Shown one piece after another: positions 51,137-59,559 of a stretch of DNA of 64,000 bases. Numbering within the stretch: the stretch's first letter is position 1; the number at the start of each line of letters is the position of its first letter. The notes beneath the pieces are model-generated. The model did not search any database. It was not told the DNA's origin and saw only the letters and a program-made list of their open reading frames with translations. The translations under genes and the position numbers were made by a program. The stretch is from the NCBI GenBank assembly GCA_963842085.1, contig CAWJET010000001.1:288001-352000 (forward strand), read 5' to 3'. The stretch is from an uncultured delta proteobacterium. Its GTDB lineage: Bacteria > Desulfobacterota > Binatia > Binatales > Binataceae.

Positions 51137-52294
51137 TCAGCTCAACTCCCGGTAGAATTCGCGAACGTCGGCGGCGAGCAACGCTGGCTCTTCCATCGCG
51201 GCGAAATGCCCTCCCTTCGGCATCACCGTCCAGCGCCGGACGTTGTACACACGCTCGGCCCAATGCCGCGGCGGACGCACCAGCTCGGCTGGAAACAGCG
51301 CGACCGCCGTCGGCGACTCGATCCGCGTGCCGGGCTTGAGCCGCCATGGATGATGGCGCGCCTCGTAGTACAGCCGCGTCGAGGAATTAATCGTCTGAGT
51401 GACCCAGTAGATCATCACGTTGGTCAGGATTTGATCGCGCGTGAAGCTCTTCTCGACGTCGCCGTGACAATCGCTCCAGGTGCGGAACTTCTCGACGATC
51501 CACGCCGCCAATCCCGCCGGCGAATCGTTCAGCCCGTAGGCGAGTGTCTGCGGCTTGGTGCCCTGGATCCACTGGTAGCCGGTTTCGGCGGTGCGGAACT
51601 TTTCCAGGTCGCCGAGGAACACTTTCTCCTCGGGCGTCAGCTCGGGCGCGCTGCGTCCTTCGGCGGGACCGATCGCAATCATGTTGATATGGATGCCGAA
51701 GACGCTGCCTGAGTGCACTTCGCCGATGCGCGAGGTGATTGCCGCGCCCCAGTCCCCGCCCTGCACCGCGTAGCGCTTGTAGCCAAGCGCTTCGGTCATC
51801 AGCTTGTGAAACAGCTCCGCCATCGCCTGGATATTCGTCGCGCGGCCACGCGGGTGATCCGAAAAACCGTAGCCGGGCAGCGACGGCGCGATCACTGTGA
51901 ACGAATCCTTCGCGTCGCCGCCGTGCGCGGCAGGATCGGTGAGCATCGGAATCAGCTCCATGAACTCGTAGATCGAGCCCGGCCATCCGTGCAGGAGCAG
52001 CAGCGGCTTGGGATTCGGTCCCCTGCCTTTTTCATGGATGAAGTGGATTCCGAGTCCGTCAACCGGCGCCTTGAAATGCGCGAAGCGATTGAGCTCGCGC
52101 TCATGCGCGCGCCAGTCGTATTTGGTTCGCCAGTATTCGATCAGTTCTTTCAGGTAGGCGAGATTGGCGCCGTACTCCCAACCCGTGTCGGGAACCTCGT
52201 CGGGAAAGCGCGTGTTGTTGAGCCGCGCGCGCAAGTCGGCCAGCACGTCGTCGGGCACCGCGACGCGAAACGGTTCGATTTTTCCAGTGACCAT
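51137..52294 (-). CDS. Epoxide hydrolase
   Basis: EHN N-domain, HGWPGS, QGGDWG, GGHFAAME. Confidence 0.93.
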   Translation of the reverse strand: MVTGKIEPFRVAVPDDVLADLRARLNNTRFPDEVPDTGWEYGANLAYLKELIEYWRTKYDWRAHERELNRFAHFKAPVDGLGIHFIHEKGRGPNPKPLLLLHGWPGSIYEFMELIPMLTDPAAHGGDAKDSFTVIAPSLPGYGFSDHPRGRATNIQAMAELFHKLMTEALGYKRYAVQGGDWGAAITSRIGEVHSGSVFGIHINMIAIGPAEGRSAPELTPEEKVFLGDLEKFRTAETGYQWIQGTKPQTLAYGLNDSPAGLAAWIVEKFRTWSDCHGDVEKSFTRDQILTNVMIYWVTQTINSSTRLYYEARHHPWRLKPGTRIESPTAVALFPAELVRPPRHWAERVYNVRRWTVMPKGGHFAAMEEPALLAADVREFYRELS

Positions 52295-52321
52295 GTGAGC
52301 CTCTGCGTTGACGGGGTCGCG

Positions 52322-52762
52322 TCACTGAGAAGACTTTCCTGCGAGCGCTGCTTTGGCGAGCTCGCTAGCGGTCTTGCCGTCAAGGCCGGCGCCGAACTTG
52401 TCGCGTAGCGCCTTCATGATTGGCCCGATCTGAGACGCGCCCGCCGCGATCGCCGCCGCGATTTCCGCGCGCACTTCGTCGGGCGAGGCGGTGGCGGGCA
52501 AATACGATTCGAGGACCTTGGCTTCGGTCTCGTTCTGCTCGATCAGATCCTGGCGGGCGGCCTTGCGCGCAAATTCCAGCGACTCTTCGCGCTTGGCCCG
52601 CTCGCGCTTGATGATTTGCAGGATCTCGGCTTCGTTGGGGTCGCGGCGAACGTCTTTTTCGAGCCGCGAGATCTCCGACAACACGCCGCGCAGCGCCATC
52701 GTGCGCAGCTTGTCGCCGCTCTTCATCGCGGCCTTGAGATCGTTCTGGATCCTAGCCTTCAC
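52322..52762 (-). CDS. GatB/YqeY domain protein
   Basis: DLKAAMK, KREES, YLP, GPIMK. Confidence 0.9.
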   Translation of the reverse strand: MKARIQNDLKAAMKSGDKLRTMALRGVLSEISRLEKDVRRDPNEAEILQIIKRERAKREESLEFARKAARQDLIEQNETEAKVLESYLPATASPDEVRAEIAAAIAAGASQIGPIMKALRDKFGAGLDGKTASELAKAALAGKSSQ

Positions 52763-52798
52763 TCAATAGCAACTCCAATAGCTACTTCTCCCGACTGA

Positions 52799-53308
52799 CT
52801 ATTTATGGGCCGCCGCCACGCCGGGGGTTGCCACGTCTTCCCACTTGGGCTGTTCGACTTCGGTCCATTTGCTGCCGTCGAGGCGGTAGTTGAAAATCAG
52901 CACCTTTTGCTTGCCGGTCGGCTTGCCTTTGCCCTCGCCGCTTTTGGGCGGCGTGTATTCGGGCGCCTGCAGCTTCGCGAGCACGGTCCAGTGCCCCGCC
53001 TTCATCGTAGGCAGGTACATGAACTTTGCGTGCTCGAGATCGACGTACACCTGTCCCGACGACTTCTTCTCGCTCTCGTCGCTGACATAGGTGTCGGATT
53101 CGCTCGCGATAGTGTCGCTGAGCGCCTGGCGTTGCGCGGCGGGGATGGGATTCTCGCGGGCGGGACCGGGAGCGCTCGGACCAGCGGGACCGCTGTTGTT
53201 GTAAAGGTCCTTCTTGACTTCGATCGCGCGTGCGCGGTTGGGCGCAAGAATCGCCACGACCATCAGCCCCGCCACCGCCAGAGTAGTACATGCTTTCGCA
53301 GCCATCAT
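52799..53308 (-). CDS. Secreted hypothetical protein
   Basis: GAGGAGGG SD, signal peptide ending ARA, clean ORF. Confidence 0.75.
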   Translation of the reverse strand: MMAAKACTTLAVAGLMVVAILAPNRARAIEVKKDLYNNSGPAGPSAPGPARENPIPAAQRQALSDTIASESDTYVSDESEKKSSGQVYVDLEHAKFMYLPTMKAGHWTVLAKLQAPEYTPPKSGEGKGKPTGKQKVLIFNYRLDGSKWTEVEQPKWEDVATPGVAAAHK

Positions 53309-53374
53309 TCCTACCCTCCTCGGATCGCGCTTATATCACGTTTTTCACTAACGCGCGCATACGTCGTGCCATCT

Positions 53375-54235
53375 CTAACGTGATCCAACGCGGTCCGCAC
53401 TTACCTCGACCAGCGCGAATCGAATCGGGACCAGAACCCAGCTTTCGAGCGCAAGTCCGCCGCGGCGAGCCGGGATGAAGCGCCATCGCGAGCGGACGGT
53501 CTGAAGGGCGGCGGCATCGAGCGCGTCGAACGCGGAAGACTCAGCGATTTCGGCGCGCTCGACGGAGCCGTCGGCGCCGACCAGCACCCTGACGATCACA
53601 GTGCCCTGCTGTTCGCGGCGGCGCGCGCTTGCGGGATAGGCGGGAGGAGGATTGCTGGCGTAATCCGCATGCGCGATGGAATCGAGATCCCCGCCGCCGG
53701 CGCCGTCGCCACCGGCGCCTGCGCCCCGCGTCCCCGCACCGGCACCGGCGCCCGCGCCGCCGTTTCCTGAAACGGCGGCTGCGCGCGAGCGCGACGGGTC
53801 GCTGCTCGGCGCGTCACGGATCTGCGAGCCATCGTGCGGCGCCGCTGCGCGCGGTCGCGCGGGCGCGACCGCGCGCAGCGGCGCCAGGCTGGCAACCTCG
53901 AGGTGCGGATGCTCGAGCTGCCGACGCGGCTTCCGCGCCGCCGGCGGCGGTGCGGACCGCGTTGGCGCGAGCGCCACGCGCTCAGCGTGGTGCGGCAGCG
54001 TTCCGGGCGCGGCGGCGCTCGCGCCGCCGCGCCCGGAGGCGCCGTCGCCTGCCTCGACCAGATAGGCGAGCACCCACTCGCTTTGCCTCCGCGGCATCGG
54101 CGAGGCGAGGCACACTATCGACCCGAGGATCGCCGCGTGAGCTGCTATCGAGGCTGCGAACGATGCGAGGTGACGGCGCGAACGCGGCCCGGCCGCGTCG
54201 TATGACTGATCGTTGTGCTGTGCGTCGTCCAACAT
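53375..54235 (-). CDS. tonB: Energy transducer TonB
   Basis: TM SIAAH (SxxxH), Pro/Ala/Gly linker, NPPPAYP..ARRREQQGTV, LDAAAL, WRFIPA, VPIRF; start uncertain. Confidence 0.85.
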   Translation of the reverse strand: MLDDAQHNDQSYDAAGPRSRRHLASFAASIAAHAAILGSIVCLASPMPRRQSEWVLAYLVEAGDGASGRGGASAAAPGTLPHHAERVALAPTRSAPPPAARKPRRQLEHPHLEVASLAPLRAVAPARPRAAAPHDGSQIRDAPSSDPSRSRAAAVSGNGGAGAGAGAGTRGAGAGGDGAGGGDLDSIAHADYASNPPPAYPASARRREQQGTVIVRVLVGADGSVERAEIAESSAFDALDAAALQTVRSRWRFIPARRGGLALESWVLVPIRFALVEVSADRVGSR

Positions 54236-54332
54236 CGCCCCAGCCGAGGGTTCGCGAACTGAAGATGGAAGCGGCCAGGAGCGACGGCCGTGCAAGTGGC
54301 ATTGCCACTGCTCGCACGCGCCATTGAAAAGA

Positions 54333-54469
54333 CTCCTGAAGCCTCCCTCACCCGCGAAGGTTCTTACGGCTCCATGATTCGCCCGGTCGCCTGACTCGAT
54401 GAGCACGGTGAGACTCATCTCACAGTTGCGGGGCAGCGCCGGCCTCTCACCGGCTTCCCCGGGCGAATC
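54333..54469 (-). ncRNA. Cobalamin riboswitch (compact)
   Basis: GGGAA-GCCGGUG..CCGGC-GCUGCCCCGCAACUGU...GAGUCAGG B12 box closed by an 11-bp stem; downstream hairpin loop GCGGG complementary to L5 CCCGC. Confidence 0.88.
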
Positions 54470-54476
54470 TCAATGC

Positions 54477-54504
54477 ACAGTACGCGCATCGCCGCCGATG
54501 TCAA
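54477..54504 (-). promoter_or_regulatory. Sigma70-type promoter upstream of riboswitch
   Basis: TTGACA-16 nt-TACTGT. Confidence 0.6.
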
Positions 54505-54614
54505 CCGGTTCCCCGGGGAACAATTGCGATTGGTCAATTTGTCGGAGAAAGGGCAATTCACACTACCTGTTGTGGTTGGAAAGGAAGGCATACCCCATCG
54601 GCAGCTTCGTTCCG

Positions 54615-55298
54615 TCAAAATTTGTTTTCGTCAAGCAGTTCCCGCTCGACACCGACTTCGGGCCGGGATGCTGAATCTGTTTCTGAGCCGGGAGCACGGC
54701 GGCGGGCGGCGCGGATCCGCTCAAGGGTATAGAGCGCGCGGTATAGGTTGCGCTTGATGAGGCGTTCGTAGCGGACGATTTTATCTACATCGGAATCGCT
54801 CGGCAGGATGAAGGCGTCGAGTCCGGCGCGATGGAGCTTGCGAGCGGTGCGCTGGCGAGCGGCTTGACGATCGTAGCCCATGATGGCGGCCATCGCCTCG
54901 CTGGGAGTCTCGGTCCTGGCGGCCCGGCGGTAAGCGTCGTCATCGACCCAGGATTTGCGGCATTCGTAGCGGAGCAGCCGCCGGATGCGCCAGCAGCATG
55001 CGGCGACCTCGTCGATCATGATGCGCTCGCGCACGGATTCGGGCTGGAATTCTTCGAGCAAGGCATCGAGGAGCGAATTGAATTCCTCAACGCGAGCGGG
55101 ACCGTCGAGCACGGGATTAACGACGTCGCACGAGAAGAATCCGTGCGTGAGGGCATTGAGGCGGGCGGTGTTTTTGCCTTCGGATGAGCGCGGGCCGGTG
55201 GATTTCTTCGCGTTGGCATGGCGCGCCGCAAGTTGGCGCGGCGAAAGGGCGGGCAGTCCGCTTGCGGGCGAGTGTGGAGTGTTCTGATTGTTGTCCAT
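54615..55298 (-). CDS. Hypothetical protein with NAKKSTGPRSxEGK..NALTHG motif
   Basis: Recognisable N-terminal STGP motif, WRIRR, RYE; function unknown. Confidence 0.8.
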   Translation of the reverse strand: MDNNQNTPHSPASGLPALSPRQLAARHANAKKSTGPRSSEGKNTARLNALTHGFFSCDVVNPVLDGPARVEEFNSLLDALLEEFQPESVRERIMIDEVAACCWRIRRLLRYECRKSWVDDDAYRRAARTETPSEAMAAIMGYDRQAARQRTARKLHRAGLDAFILPSDSDVDKIVRYERLIKRNLYRALYTLERIRAARRRAPGSETDSASRPEVGVERELLDENKF

Positions 55299-55360
55299 TC
55301 CAGATCACATAGCGCGGCAGGAGCGGCGGGGTAAGGCTGAACAGTTCATCCTGAACAAAA

Positions 55361-55394
55361 GTGCACGGCTTGAGCGTGAAGCGAACTGATTATT
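55361..55394 (+). repeat. Direct repeat copy 1 flanking tad fragment
   Basis: GTGCACGGCTTGAGCGtGAAGCGAA; 24 of 25 nt identical to 56701-56725. Confidence 0.75.
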
Positions 55395-55486
55395 CTTCTG
55401 GCTGATCTCGCGCGTATCGGAACCCGATACGGCATGCGGACGGGCGGTCCGACTGGATCGGGCGGCAGGCGGGGCAGAGCACCCGC

Positions 55487-55908
55487 TTACTGCGACACGA
55501 GCATCTGCGAGCTGGCGCTAAGGTGCAGGTTGACGGAAGGCATGAAAGGGATCTCGAGGGGGTAGGTGTGTGTGATCTGAATCAGGGCGTCGCTCTGCGC
55601 AGGGATCCGGGCATCGCTTGGAAACGAGACGGTGACATCACTCGCGGCCAGAAAGGGCGCGTAGTTCACGGCGATTCCGGCGATAGTACTGTCACTTTCG
55701 GGGACGGCGCTGGTGGGACTGTGGACGATCGCATAGCGAGCCGCCTCGCGCGCCGCCGCGCTCACGTCGTTGTATGCATTCACGGCGATCGCCATTTCCA
55801 TTATGCCGAAGAGCACCAGCAAAAAGACGGTGGCCGTGACCGCGAATTCAGCCATAGTCTGGCCGGCCGATCGTATGGCCAGGGGGGCGAAATGGCGCGT
55901 CGGTTCAT
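55487..55908 (-). pseudogene. TadE-like pseudopilin, frameshifted near 5' end
   Basis: RSAGQTMAEF prepilin motif and AAREAARYA in one frame; the coupled ATG at 55908 is 53 nt upstream (out of frame) across a G6 run at 55882-55887. Confidence 0.7.
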
Positions 55909-56384
55909 TGCTGCACCTGCATTATGGCCTTGCCCGTCAGGGTCAACGAATGCGGAACACCGGGATATTTCAACAGTGTGGTGAATGGTGCGGAAGTATC
56001 GACCTCGACGAAGGTCGCCGTCGCGCTGGCGTCACAGTAGCTTTTGGCACAGGCTGCAACCGATCCTCTGGGTGATTCGCAGGTGCATTGCGACGCGGTC
56101 GCGCTAAGACTCGGAACGTTGCTGCCGTCGGTGGTGGCGGCCGCTTTCATCCCAGTGATGTCCGCGGCAGTTATCACTGTCTCCGATCCATATTGCGCGC
56201 CCGCGCGGGCCGCGCTGTTGACCGCGATGCCGAAGAAGAACACCCGCCCGAAGTCGGCCGCGGCCACTAGCATCAGAGCCAGGACCGGCAGCGCTATCGC
56301 TAGTTCGACCGCCGACTGGCCGCCGCTCCAACCGCGAATATGGGATCTCGCGGGGAATCGTGTTCGCCCGACGCTGCTATTCAT
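55905..56384 (-). CDS. TadE/TadG family pseudopilin
   Basis: GQSAVELAIALP, DFGR, AARAGAQYG, Cys pairs. Confidence 0.88.
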   Translation of the reverse strand: MNSSVGRTRFPARSHIRGWSGGQSAVELAIALPVLALMLVAAADFGRVFFFGIAVNSAARAGAQYGSETVITAADITGMKAAATTDGSNVPSLSATASQCTCESPRGSVAACAKSYCDASATATFVEVDTSAPFTTLLKYPGVPHSLTLTGKAIMQVQQ

Positions 56385-56570
56385 AAAGGGTGTCCGATTT
56401 GACTGGCGAGCCACCGATTGACGCAAAGTTGGAACTCAAGGTGGTGCCGCCGCTGATGGTGATCGTATAGGCGACCAGAACCGCATCTTCAGGGGCGGCC
56501 GAGCTGCCTCCTGAAAAGACCAGCGGTGTAGTGGCAAAATACAGCGCTCCCTCGAAAATTGCGGTGACTG
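56377..56570 (-). pseudogene. C-terminal remnant of a TadG-like pilus adhesin
   Basis: EGALYF..T.L.FSGGS...LVA.TITISG...NFAS..GGSPVKS..L.E resembles TadG-like C-termini; upstream translation turns into Arg-rich noise; overlaps tadE start. Confidence 0.65.
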
Positions 56571-56700
56571 CCCGGCGTGGCTTTCCGCGACGGCGCAAGC
56601 CTGGCCGTCGAGTTCGGGGTTCACGACCTCGCCCGCGAAGAAACCGTGCTTGAGCGCGGTTGAGACGCGCAGCGGCCGTCCCTGAACTCGAAGACGAAAG

Positions 56701-56734
56701 GTGCACGGCTTGAGCGGGAAGCGAATAGTTTATT
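56701..56734 (+). repeat. Direct repeat copy 2 flanking tad fragment
   Basis: GTGCACGGCTTGAGCGgGAAGCGAA..TTATT; CCTGAAC also precedes both copies. Confidence 0.75.
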
Positions 56735-56745
56735 AGGATTCGCTC

Positions 56746-57132
56746 GTGAAGCGCGTGAAGAAAAAATTCGCCAAGCTGAACCATCTGCAGATCAACGTGC
56801 GCGATGCGGCGAAGTCGCGCGACTGGTACGTGAAGAACCTCGGTCTCAGGGTCGAGTTCGAGGTGCCCGAGCAGGGCTTCGTCGCGCTCGAGGACGATTG
56901 GGGGATGGCGCTATTGATCAGCCAGGGCAAGCCGGCGAGCGGCGCGGCGTCGGGATTCGTGATTCATTTCGAAGTTGAAGATGTGGACGCGCGCTATCGG
57001 AGCCTCAAGGGCAAGCGCGTGAAATTCGTGCACGCGCCGAAGCGGACGGTGTGGGGGTACGGGCCGGAGATGCGCGATCCGGATGGGTACACGGTCCGGC
57101 TGTTCGATTATCGCAGCATCACGAAATCCTAG
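56746..57132 (+). CDS. VOC/glyoxalase family protein
   Basis: LNHLQINVRD, WYVKNLGL, FEVEDVD, WG...RDPDG. Confidence 0.88.
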   Translation: MKRVKKKFAKLNHLQINVRDAAKSRDWYVKNLGLRVEFEVPEQGFVALEDDWGMALLISQGKPASGAASGFVIHFEVEDVDARYRSLKGKRVKFVHAPKRTVWGYGPEMRDPDGYTVRLFDYRSITKS

Positions 57133-57133
57133 C

Positions 57134-57314
57134 CTCTCCTTGTGCGAGGAGAGCTTTGCGCAACCTTCGAGCGCGTTCAGGTCGGAGGCAGAATCTTGAA
57201 TCGCGCGCGAAAAGAACGCGCGCTGTACAAAGACCCTCACCTTCATCCTCATCCCTTGCAGGGAGAGGAGACAGAAAAGATCCGGGATTCTTCGCCGCAG
57301 CGGCTCTGAATGAC
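57134..57314. repeat. Cluster of family B (two copies) and family C (half) palindromic repeats
   Basis: CTCTCCT-tgtgcg-AGGAGAG; CCCTCACC...CCC...GGGAGAGG; GATTCTTCG...CTGAATGAC. Confidence 0.6.
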
Positions 57315-57351
57315 GCAGGTTACGGAAAGAATCGTTTACGGAAAGCGGCGG

Positions 57352-57410
57352 TTGACAGTTTTTCGGGATCGCGCTATGAGGTGAAGTTCATAATATGAAT
57401 CTTAATTCAT
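57352..57410 (+). promoter_or_regulatory. Promoter and tandem TetR operator
   Basis: TTGACA-17-TATGAG; palindromes ATGA-N8-TCAT (57376-57391) and ATGAAT-ctta-ATTCAT (57395-57410). Confidence 0.7.
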
Positions 57411-57423
57411 TGCGCACTACTGG

Positions 57424-58218
57424 ATGAGCGTTCAGGAACGGCATCGGCGCGAGCGGCGCGCGCGCGGGCAGGCAATCCTGACCGCGGCCGCCAAGGTCTT
57501 CGCCAGGCATGGGCTGGAAGGCGCGACGATCGAGATGATCGCGCGCGAGGCTGAAGTCGCGGTCGGCACGATCTACCTCTATTACTCGTCGCGCGACGAT
57601 CTTTACCTGAACCTTATCGCGCACCGCGCCGAACAGCTTCGCGCGCGCTACCTGGAGATTTTCGCGCGCGCGCTCGAGCCGCTGGAAGAACTCAAGACCA
57701 TCGCGTCGGCCTATCTCGACTACCTGCGCGAATCGCGCGAGATCTTTTTGTCGCAGCATTCGGTAGTGTTCTCGCAGCTCCATCAGCGCCTGCGACGCAA
57801 GTCTGAAATACGCGATTTTCAGCGGGTGATGGAGCTGAGCCACGAAATCTTCGGACTGTGGGAAGGCACCATCAGGCGCGCGTTCGAGGGCGGCGTGATC
57901 GCCAACTCGATGGGCCCGAAGAGGACCGCGGCGGTGGTCTGGGCGAGCATGAACGGCGCGTTCATGCTGATGGGCGACGGCAATTTCTTCCGCGACGTCA
58001 CCGGGCTCAACCCCGAGCATTTTCTCGACGAGGCGCTCGAATCGCATCTGGCCGCGGCGCAGTTAAGCGTACGAAGAAAAGCGAGCAGGAGCAGAATCGT
58101 GAGTCGCGCGCGAAAAATGCGCGCTGTACAAGGTCCCTCACCCGCGCCACAGCGGCGCGACCTCTCCCGGTTAAGGAGAGGGGAAACAGAAGAAGCCGCG
58201 GTGCATCCCGGCGCGTAA
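57424..58218 (+). CDS. TetR/AcrR family regulator
   Basis: ILTAAAKVF..G...TIEMIAREAEVAVGTIYLYY; C-terminal tail includes a family B repeat. Confidence 0.92.
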   Translation: MSVQERHRRERRARGQAILTAAAKVFARHGLEGATIEMIAREAEVAVGTIYLYYSSRDDLYLNLIAHRAEQLRARYLEIFARALEPLEELKTIASAYLDYLRESREIFLSQHSVVFSQLHQRLRRKSEIRDFQRVMELSHEIFGLWEGTIRRAFEGGVIANSMGPKRTAAVVWASMNGAFMLMGDGNFFRDVTGLNPEHFLDEALESHLAAAQLSVRRKASRSRIVSRARKMRAVQGPSPAPQRRDLSRLRRGETEEAAVHPGA

Positions 58219-58257
58219 TCGCAACGGGAGCGCGACGATCATAAAGGAGAAAGGTTT

Positions 58258-59559
58258 ATGAAATTTACCTGGTTCCACCTGATGCCCTATCGGTTCCTGC
58301 CCGAAGACTTCAAAGAGAAGTATCGCAGCGTATGGGTCGATATCCCGCGCGACTTGTACGATCCGAAAGTCGGGCATCGGCTGTACAACGACTACCTCGA
58401 TCAGCTCGAATACGCCGACGCGATGGGCTTCGACGGGCTGGGCGTCAACGAGCATCATCAGAACGCGTACGGGCTGATGCCGTCGCCGAATATCATGGCG
58501 GCGGCGCTCAGCCGGCGGACGCGCAACGCCAGCCTGGTGGTGCTGGGCAACTCGATCGCGCTCTACAATCCGCCGATTCGGGTGGCCGAGGAATTCGCGA
58601 TGCTCGACGTGATCTCGGGCGGGCGCCTGGTTGCGGGCTTCCCGGTCGGCACCTCGATGGACACCAACTTCTGCTACGGCGAGGTGCCGGCGACGATACG
58701 CGAGAAGTATTACGAGGCGCACGACCTGATCATCAAGGCGTGGACGTCGAAGAACGTGTTCTCGTTCAACGGCAAGTACACCAAGCTGCGTTACGTCAAC
58801 CTGTGGCCAAGGCCGATCCAGCAGCCGCATCCGCCGATCTGGATTCCCGGCGGCGGCTCGGTCGAGACCTACGACTTCTGCGCCGACCACGGCTACCAGT
58901 ACAGCTTCCTGTCCTACTTCGGGTACATCGCGGGCAAGAAGGTTGCCGACGGCTACTGGGAAGTGATGGCGAAGAAAAAGAAGGAGCTGAATCCCTACAG
59001 CCTCGGCTTCGCGCAGGTGGTCGCGGTGTCGGAGACCGACGAGCAGGCGGAGAAGGATTACGCGCCGCATATGGACTACTTCTACAACCGCTGCCTGCAC
59101 GTCTACAACGGCTTCGCCGACGCGCCGGGCTATCGCACGGTGCGGACGATCAAGGCCGGCATCCTGGGCCAGGTCGGCGAGCGGGCGGCGTTGCAGCGCG
59201 AAGGCCTCAAGTGGAAGGACTTCATCGAGCAGGGCTACGTGATCGCGGGCTCGCCCAAGACGGTGCGCGAGCGCCTGCGCGAGGCGATGAAATCGCTCAA
59301 CTGCGGCCATCTGATGATGCTGATGCAGATCGGCTCGATGCCGCCGGAACTGGTGCGCAAGAGCACCACGCTGTTCGCGACCGAGGTGATGCCGCACATG
59401 CGCGACCTGTGGAGCAACTTCGAGGACAAGTGGTCGCCGAAGCGGATGCCGCAAAATGAGATCGCGATGCCGGCCCCGGTCCATTTCCAGAAGACCGAAG
59501 GCAACGGCAAGGCGCGCGCGGTGGCGGCGGCGTCGACGGAAGTCCGGAGCGCGAAATGA
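58258..59559 (+). CDS. LLM-class flavin-dependent monooxygenase
   Basis: AAGGAG SD; NEHHQ, PSP, RVAEEFAMLD..SGGR, PRPIQQPHPP. Confidence 0.92.
   Translation: MKFTWFHLMPYRFLPEDFKEKYRSVWVDIPRDLYDPKVGHRLYNDYLDQLEYADAMGFDGLGVNEHHQNAYGLMPSPNIMAAALSRRTRNASLVVLGNSIALYNPPIRVAEEFAMLDVISGGRLVAGFPVGTSMDTNFCYGEVPATIREKYYEAHDLIIKAWTSKNVFSFNGKYTKLRYVNLWPRPIQQPHPPIWIPGGGSVETYDFCADHGYQYSFLSYFGYIAGKKVADGYWEVMAKKKKELNPYSLGFAQVVAVSETDEQAEKDYAPHMDYFYNRCLHVYNGFADAPGYRTVRTIKAGILGQVGERAALQREGLKWKDFIEQGYVIAGSPKTVRERLREAMKSLNCGHLMMLMQIGSMPPELVRKSTTLFATEVMPHMRDLWSNFEDKWSPKRMPQNEIAMPAPVHFQKTEGNGKARAVAAASTEVRSAK

Noticed and set aside
54415-54618. Track ORFs spanning the riboswitch (including the tonB 5' extension to 54418)
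   Set aside because: They overlap the structured RNA and its promoter; no coding features.
57134-57314. Clustered palindromes as a possible CRISPR or ncRNA array
   Set aside because: Copies are heterogeneous and irregularly spaced, with no cas genes; better explained as REP-like repeats.
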